A stretch of DNA of 64,000 nucleotides. It comes from Octopus vulgaris. Taxonomy: Eukaryota. Under the pieces are notes generated by a model. That model was not told the origin of the DNA and did not search any database. It was given only the letters and a program-made list of their open reading frames with translations. Positions 1-12,517 of the stretch are shown here, piece by piece (position 1 is the stretch's first letter; every line of letters starts with the position of its first letter). A program made the position numbers and the translations under genes. The stretch covers positions 40,920,001 through 40,984,000 of the forward strand of contig OX597835.1 in assembly GCA_951406725.2 (NCBI GenBank). Direction: 5' to 3'.

Positions 1-143
1 TATAGACTATATGCAATATATAGTAGTATTTATATTGTAACTAAGCTTTTCACTGCAATTTGCCAGGGAGAAAAAAATTCTAACTTAAAATAAAAAAAGG
101 TGTTACAACACCATGCTCAACTCAAAGGGCTCGTTATTGCACT

Positions 144-182
144 GATGGATGCATTTCAAACTCATTAGTTCTCTTCAGCACC
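144..182 (-). ncRNA. Minimal type I hammerhead ribozyme motif
   Basis: Minus strand GGUG-CUGAAGA-GAACU aaug AGUUU-GAA-AUGCAU-C-CAUC; palindromic stem III AUGCAU; AUC triplet. Confidence 0.7.
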
Positions 183-511
183 AGATGCCGAGACAGGTAA
201 CTCTAAGTTGATTTTAACACCTTTTTGCCTTAAGTGAAAAATTTTTCTCCACAGCAAACTACAGGGAAAAGCTTTTACAAGTTCAAATACATCTCAAGCA
301 TATTTGAACTGGTCTTAAGTTGATAGAATTAAGATGGTCCATGGCACTGATAATGTTGACTGTGATCCTTACTACTCAGCAAGAAGTCTAGGTTTGTAAG
401 GGCTGGGCCCCAATATTAGGGGAAAGAAATAGATACTGAGAAATGACAAAGAAAGGGAGAATTTTTGTTAAAAACATAAAAAAGGGGAGGGTGAAAAAGA
501 AAAGGAAAAAT

Positions 512-918
512 GGATCCTTTCGGTTTGAACGGCAGTTTTTTCTAGCGGTGTCATATGAAATTGTCACCCATAATTATGACCCTAGTATCAATCTATTGCA
601 TTTCAATGTTTTAGGGTTAGGGGTGGGGGGAAGGGTATCTTTTTTCTTCACGAATGTAAATAAACCCAATGTGTTTCTTAAACGAGGGACATATTCATAC
701 GGCACAGAATGTTTTTTACCTCAATAGACGTCAGTGATTGGTTGAAATTGCAGAAATTGAAGAAAAAAACAACAAATATCTTACAAACTATAGAATCTTC
801 TCAATAAAGCCAAGAGAAAAAGATGTTTTATAAACACATTCTACCAGTATACGAAGTTTAAAAGTGTTTAGTTACCTAGAAATTATGTTAAAAACTGCTG
901 TTCAAACCGAAAAGATCC
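512..918. mobile_element. Non-autonomous TIR element (Merlin-like MITE) containing TTAGGG repeats
   Basis: ~29-bp TIR GGATC(T/C)TTTCGGTTTGAACGGCAGTTTTT; perfect 8-bp TSD GGAAAAAT (504-511 / 919-926). Confidence 0.85.
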
Positions 919-943
919 GGAAAAATACATTAAAAAAACTTAC

Positions 944-1038
944 TCTTTAGCGAAAGCTAATTCTGCAGGTGAAAATAATGAGTGTTCTTCATCTTCACTG
1001 CTGTCCTTGTTGATATAATGAGCAGCATGAGATTGGAT
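944..1038 (-). CDS. GINS4: GINS4 coding exon 4
   Basis: IQSHAAHYINKD...FSPAELAFAK, CTTCAG acceptor and GTAAGT donor. Confidence 0.88.
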
Positions 1039-4000
1039 CTGAAGTGATTGAATGAGGGAATAAGTGAGATGTTTGAAGGAAGGAAGGAAGGAAGGGAGAT
1101 GGATGGATGGATGGAGCAGAGAAGGAAGAAAAGAATGAATGAATGATAAGTAGCTAGATAAACTGACAGAGACAGACACATGGAGGATGGATGAACAGAG
1201 ACAAATGGAAGGACACACAGACAAGTAGAGGAATGGCTAGGCAGATAGATAAATAGATGGATGGACAGTGGAATGGATGAACAATGAGATGGACAAATAG
1301 GTAGACAGGTAAACAGATAGTATAACAATATACAAGGAAATTGAAAATGAATGGTACAAAAAGAAAACACACCTGTGAATGTTGTAACGAATATATTGCT
1401 TAAAAAAAGAAACAGGTGTAACATGAAAGGCTATCTCTTCAAGTTTGTACCGACAGTCACAGATATTCAACATGGGTGCTCTTTGCCACATGGCAGATGT
1501 CTACATGATAGTCTAGTTCTTGCCACACCATATCCTGATCAACCGAGTTGACTGTGTCACCTATCACCTAAAGGCGACGATCTGGCAGAAACGTTAGCAC
1601 GCCGGCCGAAATGCATAGCCGTATTTCGTCTGCCGTTACGTTCTGGGTTCAAATTCCGCCAAGGTCGACTTTGCCTTTCATCCTTTCGGGGGTCGATAAA
1701 TTAAGTACCAGTTACGCACTGGGGAGATCAATGTAATTGACTTAATCCGTTTGTCTGTCCTTGTTTGTCCTCTCTGTGTTTAGCCCCTTGTGGGTAGTAA
1801 AGAAATAGGTATCACCTATCCGCAGAAATTGAAGAAAAAAAACAACAAATATCTTACAAACTATAGAATTTTCTCAATAAAGCCAAGAGAAAAAGATGTT
1901 TTTAGGCATCTGCTCTGGCAAGATGTTGTGGAAGTCGGGGTATGAACACTGTCTCTCAGAGACCCTCCCCACAAAGGAAAGAGTCACAAGATAGCTAGGT
2001 CAGGGGACCTAAGGGGCCAGACCTTCAATGGCAAATCATTGCCCCAGCACAGCAATCCAACATTCTGGAAGATGCTGGTTGAGGTAATTGCATACATGTC
2101 TATACCAATGTGGCAGAAACCCACATCTTGCTGCATAATGAAGTTGGGTAACTCTTCTGTCGGCTGGGGACAACAACCAAATGGACAGCATGACAAGGTA
2201 GGTGAACTCTTTAACGATGGACCATTCGTTTTGAATTACCTTGTATTTGCAAACAACAATTTGAGGTTGACAACGAATGTGATTTCCTCAGTAAGAGATG
2301 TACAGGCACAAAAGTGGCTGAGGTAAGTAGCTTGCTTACCAACCACATGGTTCCTGGTTCAGTCCCACTGAATGGCACCTTGGGCAAGTATCTTCTACTA
2401 TAACCTTGGGCTGACCAAAACCTTGTAAGTGGATTTGGTAGACGGAAACTGAAAGAAGCACGTCTTATGTGTGTGTGTACATTTGTGTGTCTGTGTTTGC
2501 CCCCCCCCAACATCGCTTGACAACCGATGCTGGTTTGTTTACATACCCCTAATTTAGCAGTTCGGCAAAAGAGATCAATAAAATAAGTACTAGGCTTACA
2601 AAGAATAAGTCCTGGGGTCAATTTGTTTGACCACAGTCACATGACTGAAACAAGTAAAAATGTGTGTGTGTGTGTGTGTCTAATTTTATCAAGTTGATGG
2701 ATGGATCCATACATGTGTGTGTGTATATGATGAATGATTAAGACGAAAGATAAAAGATGCAAGAATGCTTATTAATCACCACAATTGTTTCGACCCATCT
2801 AGCAGCATGGATCACTCATGGATGGGTTACTAAACAACTAGTTTAGGAGTATCCATCAGCATAGATGTGTCTCTTCAGGTGATTACAAGACGTATCCCAG
2901 TAAAACAACTGTTCCACAAGATACCTTATCGGTTTGTGTATAGAAAAGTAGCATGTATGTATGTACATGCGTTCTTTATTGGGTTACCAGTTTATAATTT
3001 GTGTGTGTGTGTGTAAATACACTTTACCATCATCATCATCGTTTAATGTCCGCTTTCCATGCTGGCATGGGTTAGACGATTTTGACTGAGGGCTGGCGAA
3101 CCAGATGGCTGCACCAGGCTCCAATCTTGATCAGAGTTTCTACAGCTGGATGCCCTTCCTAACGCCAACCACACCGAAAAATTTCAAAGCCATGAGATAA
3201 TGTGTGATTAATTCAAAACAATGTGATCTGAATTCTAGAGTCTTGTATCATTGAACTGAGAGCAGTTTCGGGTGGAATAGTATCACAGGGATTAATAAAA
3301 AGAAGAGCGATTTATACAAAAGAAATATGGGTTAAACAAGCTTTCCATGCTAGCATGGGTTGGACGATTTTGACTGAGGGCTGGCGAACCAGATGATTGC
3401 ACCAGGCTCCAATCTTGATTTGGCAGAATTCCTACAGCTGGATGCCCTTCCTAACGTTAACCACTCCAAGAGTGTAGTGGGTGCTTTTTACATGCCACCG
3501 GCACGGGGGCCAGTCAGGCGGTACTGGCAACGACCTCGCTCGAATCCTTTTACATATGCCACCAGCACAGGTGCCAGTGAGGCGACTTTGGTAACGATCA
3601 CGCTCGAATGCTGCCCTTTTACATGCCACTGGCACGGAAGCCAGTTGACTGCTCTGGCAACGATCACGCTCGGATGGTGTTCTTGGCACCTTACTAGCAC
3701 GGGGCACAAGTGCCAGTAAGGCGACGCTGGTTACTATTTTACCAGGTTACTATTTTACAAAGGAAGCATGTATGTATATGTTTGTACTTGTTTAAACTTT
3801 TTCTATCTCTTAAGATTCAGATTTTCTTTCTTTTTATATAAATTCAAATAACAATACACTTTGTGTATATTTTAAAATTGGATCCATCTTTCTCAGATGC
3901 AGAAACATCAATGTCCTTTATCTTAAAAAAAAAAAAAAAAAATCAAAGATACTGAGTTGTCATCTAAAAACAGATAAAAAAAATTAAAAGTGCTTCTTAC

Positions 4001-5512
4001 CTTTTCTAGACGTATTCGTAAATAACTGTTCAACACAAACCTCACTCGGTCCAGCTAGAAATTGAAAATAAACGATTCAGAATTTAGAAGTAAGTGTGTG
4101 TAGGTGCGCACATGTGTGTGTGTGTGTGTATCTTTCATCTTTTACTTGTTTCAGTCATTAGAATGCGACCATGCTGGGGTACTTCCTTGAAGAAATTTTA
4201 GTTGAATGTATGAGCTCCAGTACCTTAATCTTTTTTAAAAGCCTGGTATTTATTCCATTACTTCCTTTTGCCAAATCGCTAGTTTATGGGGGATGTAAAC
4301 ACACCAACACCAAGTTGTCAAGCAACGGGTAGGGGGGAAGAGCAAAACGCAAAGATGCTCACACAAAGATATATATATATATATATATTGCGAAGACCTG
4401 TTGAGGCAAGTGAAATCGAAATCAAATTCGATGACTGGCATCCGTGCTAGTGGAGCGCTAAGAGCACCATCTGAGCGTGATCGTTGCCAGAGCAGCTAAC
4501 TGTCTTCTGAACCGGTGACACGTAAAAAGCACCATTTGAGTGTGATCGTTACCAGTATCGCCTTACTGGCACTTGTGCCGGTGGCACATGAAAAAAACAT
4601 TCGAGCGAGGTCGTTGCCAGTGCTGCTGGACTGGCTCCTGTGCAGGTGACACGTAAAAAACACCATTTGAGCGTGGCTGTTGCCAGTACCTTCTGACTGG
4701 CCCTCGTGCCGGTGTCACATAAAAGCACCCACAACACTTTCGGAGTGGTTGGCGTTAGGAAGGGCATCCAGCTGCAGAAACTCTGCCAGATCAGATTGGA
4801 GCCTGGTGCAGCCAACTGGTTCGCTAGTCCTCAGTCAAATCATCCAACCCATGCTAGCATGGAAAGCGGACGTTAAACAGTGATGATGATGAGATATATA
4901 TATATAAAATTGAAGAAACTGGAGTCAACAAGAAGGAGTACGGTTGGACAGTTATTTTTTAATCACTACAACAGCATCATCATCATCATCATCATCATCG
5001 TTTAGCGTCCGTTTTCCATGCTAGCATGGGTTGGACGGGTCAAGTGGGGTCTGTGAAGCTGGAAGGCTTCGTCAGGCCCAGTCAGATCTGGCAGTGTTTC
5101 TACGGCTGGATGCCCTTCCTAACGCCAAGCAAACAACATAAATCTACCAGCTAGCATAAATTCAAACCAAGACAGATAAATGGGATGGACTTGAAGATGA
5201 AGATTTTAAACTAATGAATATCATCTGAGGAAACACAACTAGATCTCATTATGCAAACAAACAGCTGCATAATCAAATACCTGTATTTTTGGAGAACTAC
5301 ATTGTGTGGAAACAATTGTAGTGATTGAAAAATAACTGTCCAACCATACTCCTTCTTGTTGACACCAATTTCTTCAATTTTATAATCACACACGACAAAT
5401 GGTCAAACATAAACTTGGAAGCATAAAATAATGCTACTGGATAATATTGGATAATTCTGAGGGTGGAAGAGCTTTATGCTGTACTCTGCCAAATGCCTAA
5501 CAGAATATACCA

Positions 5513-5556
<44 letters not shown>

Positions 5557-8500
5557 CGTAGGAGTGGCTGTGTGGTAAGTAGCTTGCTTACCAACCACAT
5601 AGTTCTGGGTTCAGACCCGCTGTGTGGCACCTTGGGCAAATATCTTCTACTATAGCCTTGGGCCGACCAAAGCCTTGTGAGTGGATTTGGTAGACGGAAA
5701 CTGAAAGAAGCCCGTCGTATATATGTATATCTGTGTATGTGTGTGTGTATATGTTTGTGTGTCTGTGTTTGTCCCCACAACATCGCTTGACAACTGATGC
5801 TGGTGTATTTACGCCCCAGTAACTTAGTGGTTCGGCAAAAGAGTCTGATAGAATAAATACTAGGCTTACAAAGAATAATTCCTGGATCCATTTGGTCAAC
5901 TAAAGGTGGTACACCAGCATGGCCACAGTCAAATGACTGAAACGAGTAAAAAAGTAAAGAGAGTGTATATATATGTGTGAAAACGGACGCTAAACGATGA
6001 TGATGATGATGTGTGTGTTTCGTTTTTGGATTGCAAGAATCTTTATATGAGTTCGTGTGTTGAAGCATATTCTGTTGTGTCTGGGGAGAGTCATTTTCTT
6101 TTTGTGCCTTATAATTTAACACACTCACCGGTAAAATTTCCACGTTTTTCTTATTTTTATTGTCCTAAAATTTTCGTTGTATCTTGCAACCTTTTCAATA
6201 GTTTTTTCAAACTTTTGAAAAGGTTGCAAGATACAACGAAAATTTTAGGACAATAAAAATAAGAAATAAGTGGGATTTTTCATCGATGAGTGTGTTAAAT
6301 TATAAGACATAAAAAGAAAATGACTCTCCCCAGACACAACTAAATAATGTACTGATCTGTGATAGAAAATTCAACAAAAAATGTACTCAATCTGGTGAGA
6401 GATAAATATTATTTATTTAAAAGGTCACAATGCATGTATTAAAGTGCTATTAATAGTTTCACATGTTGAGAAATACTCAAACATGTTCTTCAGGTGCAAA
6501 CCACATATCATAACGAACTAAAGAAATTGAATAATAGAAATAAATGCAAGAAAACTGAGAAGGCAACATATAGAAAAATGCACACAGTAAACAACGGAAA
6601 ATAGAAAAGAAAATGTCAAAAGTTAATAAAAGTAAAAAGGTAAAAAAGCTCTCCTCCTTAGACCTTAAATGATAAGACTGGAAAGATAAGCGCAGGAGTG
6701 GCTGTGTGGTAAGTAGCTTGCTAACCAACCACATGGTTCCGGGTTCAGTCCCACTGCGTGGCATCTTGGGCAAGTGTCTTCTGCTATAGCCTCGGGCTGA
6801 CCAAAGCCTTGTGAGTGGATTTGGTAGACGGAAACTGAAAGAAGCCCGTCGTATATATGTATATATGTGTGTGTGTGTGTGTGTATGTGTTTGTGTGTCT
6901 GTTTGTGTTTGTCCCCTTAGCATTGGTTGACAACCGATGCTAGTGTGTTTATGTCCCCGTTACTTAGCGGTTCGGCAAAAGAGACCGATAGAATAAGTAC
7001 TGGGCTTACAAAAGAATAAGTCCTGGGGTCGAGTTGCTCGATTAAAGGCGGTGCTCCAGCATGGCCGCAGTCAAAATGACTGAAACAAGGAAAAAGAAAA
7101 AGAAAGATATGAAATCAGTGGGGAATAGGCAGAATTTTGAAATTCTTCAGAATATATTTATACATATGCGTACAACCAAGCAGCGTTATTTATTTCCAGT
7201 ATTGGTAACAAGTGAGGGTTGGCGACAGGAGGAGCACCTAGCCGTTAAAATCTGCTTCAACAAATTCCGTCTAATCTCCACGCCAGCGTGGATAAGTGGA
7301 CTTTAAATGGTGATGTAGCCTTTTTCTAAAGACAATAAAATGTGATTTGGGTGAAGATTACGCTATCATTTCTTCATAGTCAAGTGACCATGTGGAAGTT
7401 TTAACACATCCATTGACAGAAATTAACAAAAGAAGTGTGGGGGGGGTGCTATTTAATCTATTGACAAGGTGAAGCAGGAAGATTTGCCTCCCTTGCTACA
7501 TGGGTGTTTACTGCCAGCCAAAGGGAAGTTACTCAGTTTTCGTTTTGTTGAGAAATTAATTCTATGGAAAAATACTCCCCTTGATGTAAGGAGGCTGTTG
7601 AAACCTGTGTGGCTGGCCAGTCTCCGTGGCAACGCCTTTGGAGTCTTGTCCACAAGGTGCGGCTGAACATGCCATTTAATCTGAAGTGTACAACCTGTAA
7701 CTTCCTCCACCTCACAAAATGCGTCTGAATAAACATTGCCGGACAACAAAGAGAGACTCGGACATTGCTTAGAAAATAATTTTCATTTTTAACATCGTGT
7801 ATAGTATGCACTAGGGATTTTGACCCCTTAAATTTTGGGGGGAAAAATGCGGATTATACTCGAGGATTTACGGTACTAATTTTTTGCATTTCATGGTATA
7901 AAAGATGCACTTTTCCCCACCACAACAAAAAAACAGTCTAAAAAAATAATTTTAAAATAACCCCATCCCCTATCCTATATGTAAAATTAGGTCTATATAT
8001 AACATGCTTTAACCCTTTAGAATTTAAACCAGCTACATCCAGCCAAAATATTCAGCCCTGTTTTATCTTCAAACTGGTCAGATCCAGCCTCTCACACTTC
8101 TCCTACAATATTAGTCTAAGAATAAACAATTACATCCCTGAAATCTCAGAGCTACAACGTAATTCATGGCTAATTTAAATCAATATGAATAAATAAGCAT
8201 TACATTTGACAGAGAAATTTGAATGCTAAAGGGTTGATGGCACCAAAATTTTTATTTTTCTCTATCTGAATATCACCATGATTACCGTGACCGACCAGGC
8301 TGTCAGATGTTGTTACACATCGCTGGTCACAATGCGGTTCGCATTGTTTTAGCCTTTAAATGACGCCACCCCGCGAGCAGGCCAACAGAAGAAAGAATGA
8401 GAGAAAGTTGTGGCGAAAGAGTACAGCAGGGATCGCCACCACCCCCTGCCAGAGCGTCGTGGAGCTTTAGGTGTTTTCGCTCAATAAATACTCACAACGC

Positions 8501-11500
8501 CCAGTCTGGGAATCGAAACCGCGATCCTACGACCGCGAGTCCACTGCCCTAACCACTGGGCCATTGTGCCTCCACCTATCTGAATATACACTGCAGAAAT
8601 TATGGTGCATCTAATGTACCCCTGCATCTTTTATGCAGTTAAATATTGTATTTTTTTTATTTCTGTCAAACCACAAAGTTATAGGACACACATACACATT
8701 CTGTCTTCAGATCTAAATATAGCAGATATGTTGAACTTGACCACAAGGCAGAAATTGTTCCTTAAGGCTTAATAAAGATACTCACACTGTTTTTATCTAT
8801 TTTCCTTGTTTTCTTGTACTTTATATGTTAGTGAAACCTCCCAGAAATAGCTACCTAAGCTCCCTCAAACTACTGTATAATCTTGAGCAAAGAAGATACG
8901 ACTCAACTAATGATTGAAGGGTCAAAAGCTGGAGTGATTTGGGAATTGCTGAAAAACTATAACAGGTACATACTCTCTTTACTCTTTTACTTGTTTCAGT
9001 CATTTGACTGTGGTCATGCTGGAGCACCGCCTTTAGTCGAGCAAATCGACCCCGGGACTTATTCTTTGTAAGCCCAGTACTTATTCTATCGGTTTCTTTT
9101 GCCAAACCTCTAAGTTACGGGGACATAAACACACCAGCATTGGTTGCCAAGTGATGTTGGGGGAACAAACAGACACACAAACACACACACATATATATAT
9201 ATATATACACATATATACGACGGGCTTCTTTCAGTTTCTGTCTACCAAATCCACTCACAAAGCTTTGGTCAGCCCAAGGCTATAGTAGAAGACACTTGCC
9301 CAAGGTGCCACGCAGTGGGACTGAACCTGGAACCACATGGTTGGTAAGCAAGCTACTTACCGCACAGCTAGTTTAAAAAATGGTTCCCCAACATCATCCC
9401 TGAAACTTACCTCCATTCTGTGGACGTTGACCTTAAAATCTCCTTTTTTGGCCTTGCGGATATTCTCTTCCATGACGCCAATCTGCTCAAGCAAGCATTC
9501 GACAATTTCTGTTTTGGCTTCAAGTAAAACAGGAGAGAACTTCTCATTTAGCCATGCCTAGAGGGTTGGAAGACAAAAAGAAAATTATGAAGAACAGGAT
9601 GATAAAGATGATGATGATGAGGAGGATGAGGATGATGACAAACACTTTGTGGTAGTGATGATGTTAATAAGTAACAATTTTGAGCTGATGGCCAATAAGT
9701 GTGTGATCATGATGATGATCATCATCACAATCATGAGGTAGTGAGTTCAATTCTTGAACCATGCTGTATATTGTGTTCTTGAGCAAGACACTTTATTTCA
9801 CATTGCTCCAGTTCACTCAGCTGTAGAAATAAGTCGTGACGTCACTGGTGTCAAGCTGTATCGGCTCCTTTGTCTTTGCCTAGGATGTAACATATGTGGC
9901 ATGGAGAGGGGAAGCTGGTATGCATGGGCGAGAGCTGGCGCTCTACAAACAACCTTGCCCGGACTTGTGCCTCAGAGGGTAACTTTCTAGGCACAATGCT
10001 ACAGTCACTTATGACCAAAGAGGGTCCTTTAATTTCTACTTTTAATAGCAGAAAGGCAGTGAGCTGGCAGAAACGTTAGCATGCTGGGCGAAATGTTTAG
10101 CGGTATTTCGTCTGCCATTAGGTTCTGTGTTTAAATAAACCCAATCTGTTTCTTAAACGAGGGACATATTCATACGGCACAATGTTTTTTTACCTCAATA
10201 GATGTCAATATCTTACAAACTATAGAATTTTCTCAATAAAGCCAAGAGAAAAAGATGCTTTATAAACACATTCTACCAGTATACGAAGTTTAAAAGTGTT
10301 TAGTTACCTAGAAATTATGTTAAAAAATGCCGTTCAAACCAAAAAGATCTGATATTATCTATTAGAATCCAAGGGTTAGTAGCCCACGCTCTTATCCATT
10401 ATACTATATGCCCGTGGGCACATACATATATGTTTACATGTCTGTAACTTAGCTGTTTGGTAAAAGATACCAACAGAAAAAGTACCAGGTTTAAAAAGAA
10501 TAAATTCTGGGGTTCATTTGCTCGACTAAAATTCTTCAAGGTCTCAGCATGACTGAAACAAGTAAAAGATATCCTGCCTTGTTTAAGACAGTTGTAAGTA
10601 AGTTGAGGAAGATTTTGCGGATCTTTTTGATTTGAACAGCAGTTTTTAACATAATTTCTAGGTAACTAAAAAATTTTAAACTTCGTATGCTGGTAGAATG
10701 TGTTTATAAAACATCTTTTTTCTCTTGGCTTTATTGAGAAAATTCTACAGTTTGTAAGATATTTGTTGGGTTTTTTTTCTTCAATTTCTGCAATTTCAAC
10801 CAATCAATGACGTCTATTGAGGTATAAAAAAAACATTCTGTGCCGCATGAATATGTCCCTCGTTTAAGAAACACATTGGGTTTATTTACATTTGTGAAGA
10901 AAAAAGAGATACCCTCCACCCACCCTAACCCTAAAACAGATTGAAATGCAATAGATCGATACTAGGGTCATAATTATGGGTGACAATTTCATATGACACC
11001 GCTAGAAAAAACTGCCGAAAAGATCCGATTTTGCTGCTATTTCTAATTGCAGGTCATGCAATTACTTAGAGGTGTCACTAGTGGTCTCATCTATCCGAGT
11101 ATTATATTAAGGATATATCTGGGAAATTCTCACACACACATATAAATAAATTATTTACCACATATAGTTAATGTGCTTGCCAGTAGGGTGTGATTCAGCG
11201 CACTGGAGGGGACTCCCTCTCTCTCAAACTGCTAAAAAAAGTTTAAAATGAAGGAGATGGGGGTGGTAATTTAGAAATGTCGATTTTTGCCAATTTTTTT
11301 TTTTTTTGCAGATTCGGATTTCCCGTAGCCAAAAAGTGGGGTTAGTGTCGGAAAAAAAAATTGGGGGGATCTTTTCGGTTTGAACGGCAGTTTTTTCTAG
11401 CGGTGTCATATGAAATTGTCACCCATAATTATGACCCTAGTATTGATCTATTGCATTTCAATCTATTTTAGGGTTAGGGTTAGGGGTGGAGGGTATCTTT

Positions 11501-12464
11501 CTTTCTTCACAAATGTAAATAAACCCAATCTATTTCTTAAACGAGGGACATATTCATACGGCACAGAATGTTTTCACCTCAATAGACGTCATTGATTGGT
11601 TGAAATTGCAGAAATTGAAGAAAAAAACAACAAATATCTTACAAACTGTAGAATTTTCTCAATAAAGCCAAGAGAAAAAAGATGTTTTATAAACACATTC
11701 TACCAGTGTACGAAGTTTAAAAGTGTTTAGTTACGTGGAAATTATTTTTAAAAACTGCCGGTCAAACCGAAAAGATCCAAGTTTTTTTAAGGGTCGTTTG
11801 GGGTGGGGACGGGCAGAAGTCTTTCTTTTTTATGCATTAATTTACATTTCCTCCTTCTCTTCATGCATGATGCAATATTTTGGCTCTCTTTTATTTCAGT
11901 CATTTGATTGCGGCCATGCTGGAGCATCGCCTTGAAGGGTTTTAGTCGAGCATATCGACCTCAGTACATTTCTTTTATCAATCTCTTTTGCTGAACCGCC
12001 AAGTTATGGGGACGTAAACACACCAACACCGGTTAGCAAACGGTGATGAGGGACAAACACATACACACAAATATATACAGGAGTGGAATCATTCAAATTG
12101 CAACTGGGTAGATACTTAAGCACCATTAGAGATGAACCCCATCTCCCAGGATATACACAACGAGCACAAACTGACTCAAACTCGCTCCTACACATGTCAA
12201 AATTAAACAGAGAATACAACCTGGCAACCACACCAGACTCTGAGGGTGGAGTCTTCGACTTGGCCTGAGCATGGACTCAAACTCAAATGAAATGAAATGT
12301 GGCTGTGTGGTAAGTAGCTTGCTTACGAGCCACATGGTTCCGGGTTCAGTCCCACAGTGTGGTACCTTGGGCAAGTGTCTTTTACTATAGCCTCGGGCCG
12401 ACCAGAGTCTTGAGTGGATTTGGTAGACGGAAACTGAAAGAAGCCCGTCGTATATATGCGTGTA

Positions 12465-12517
<53 letters not shown>

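Noticed and set aside
3470-3732. Regularly spaced repeats resembling a CRISPR array
   Set aside because: Degenerate tandem units inside a eukaryotic retro-element; no unique spacers and no cas genes
5403-6143. 246-aa ORF and many similar [15 protein letters not shown] ORFs
   Set aside because: Antisense reading of the dominant SINE
7440-7875. Possible pogo/Tigger-like remnant with one TIR-like end
   Set aside because: Could not find the partner TIR or a convincing transposase motif
8490-8575. tRNA-like sequences (also ~53780-53852 and other SINE heads)
   Set aside because: Attached to SINE bodies; no complete cloverleaf supported
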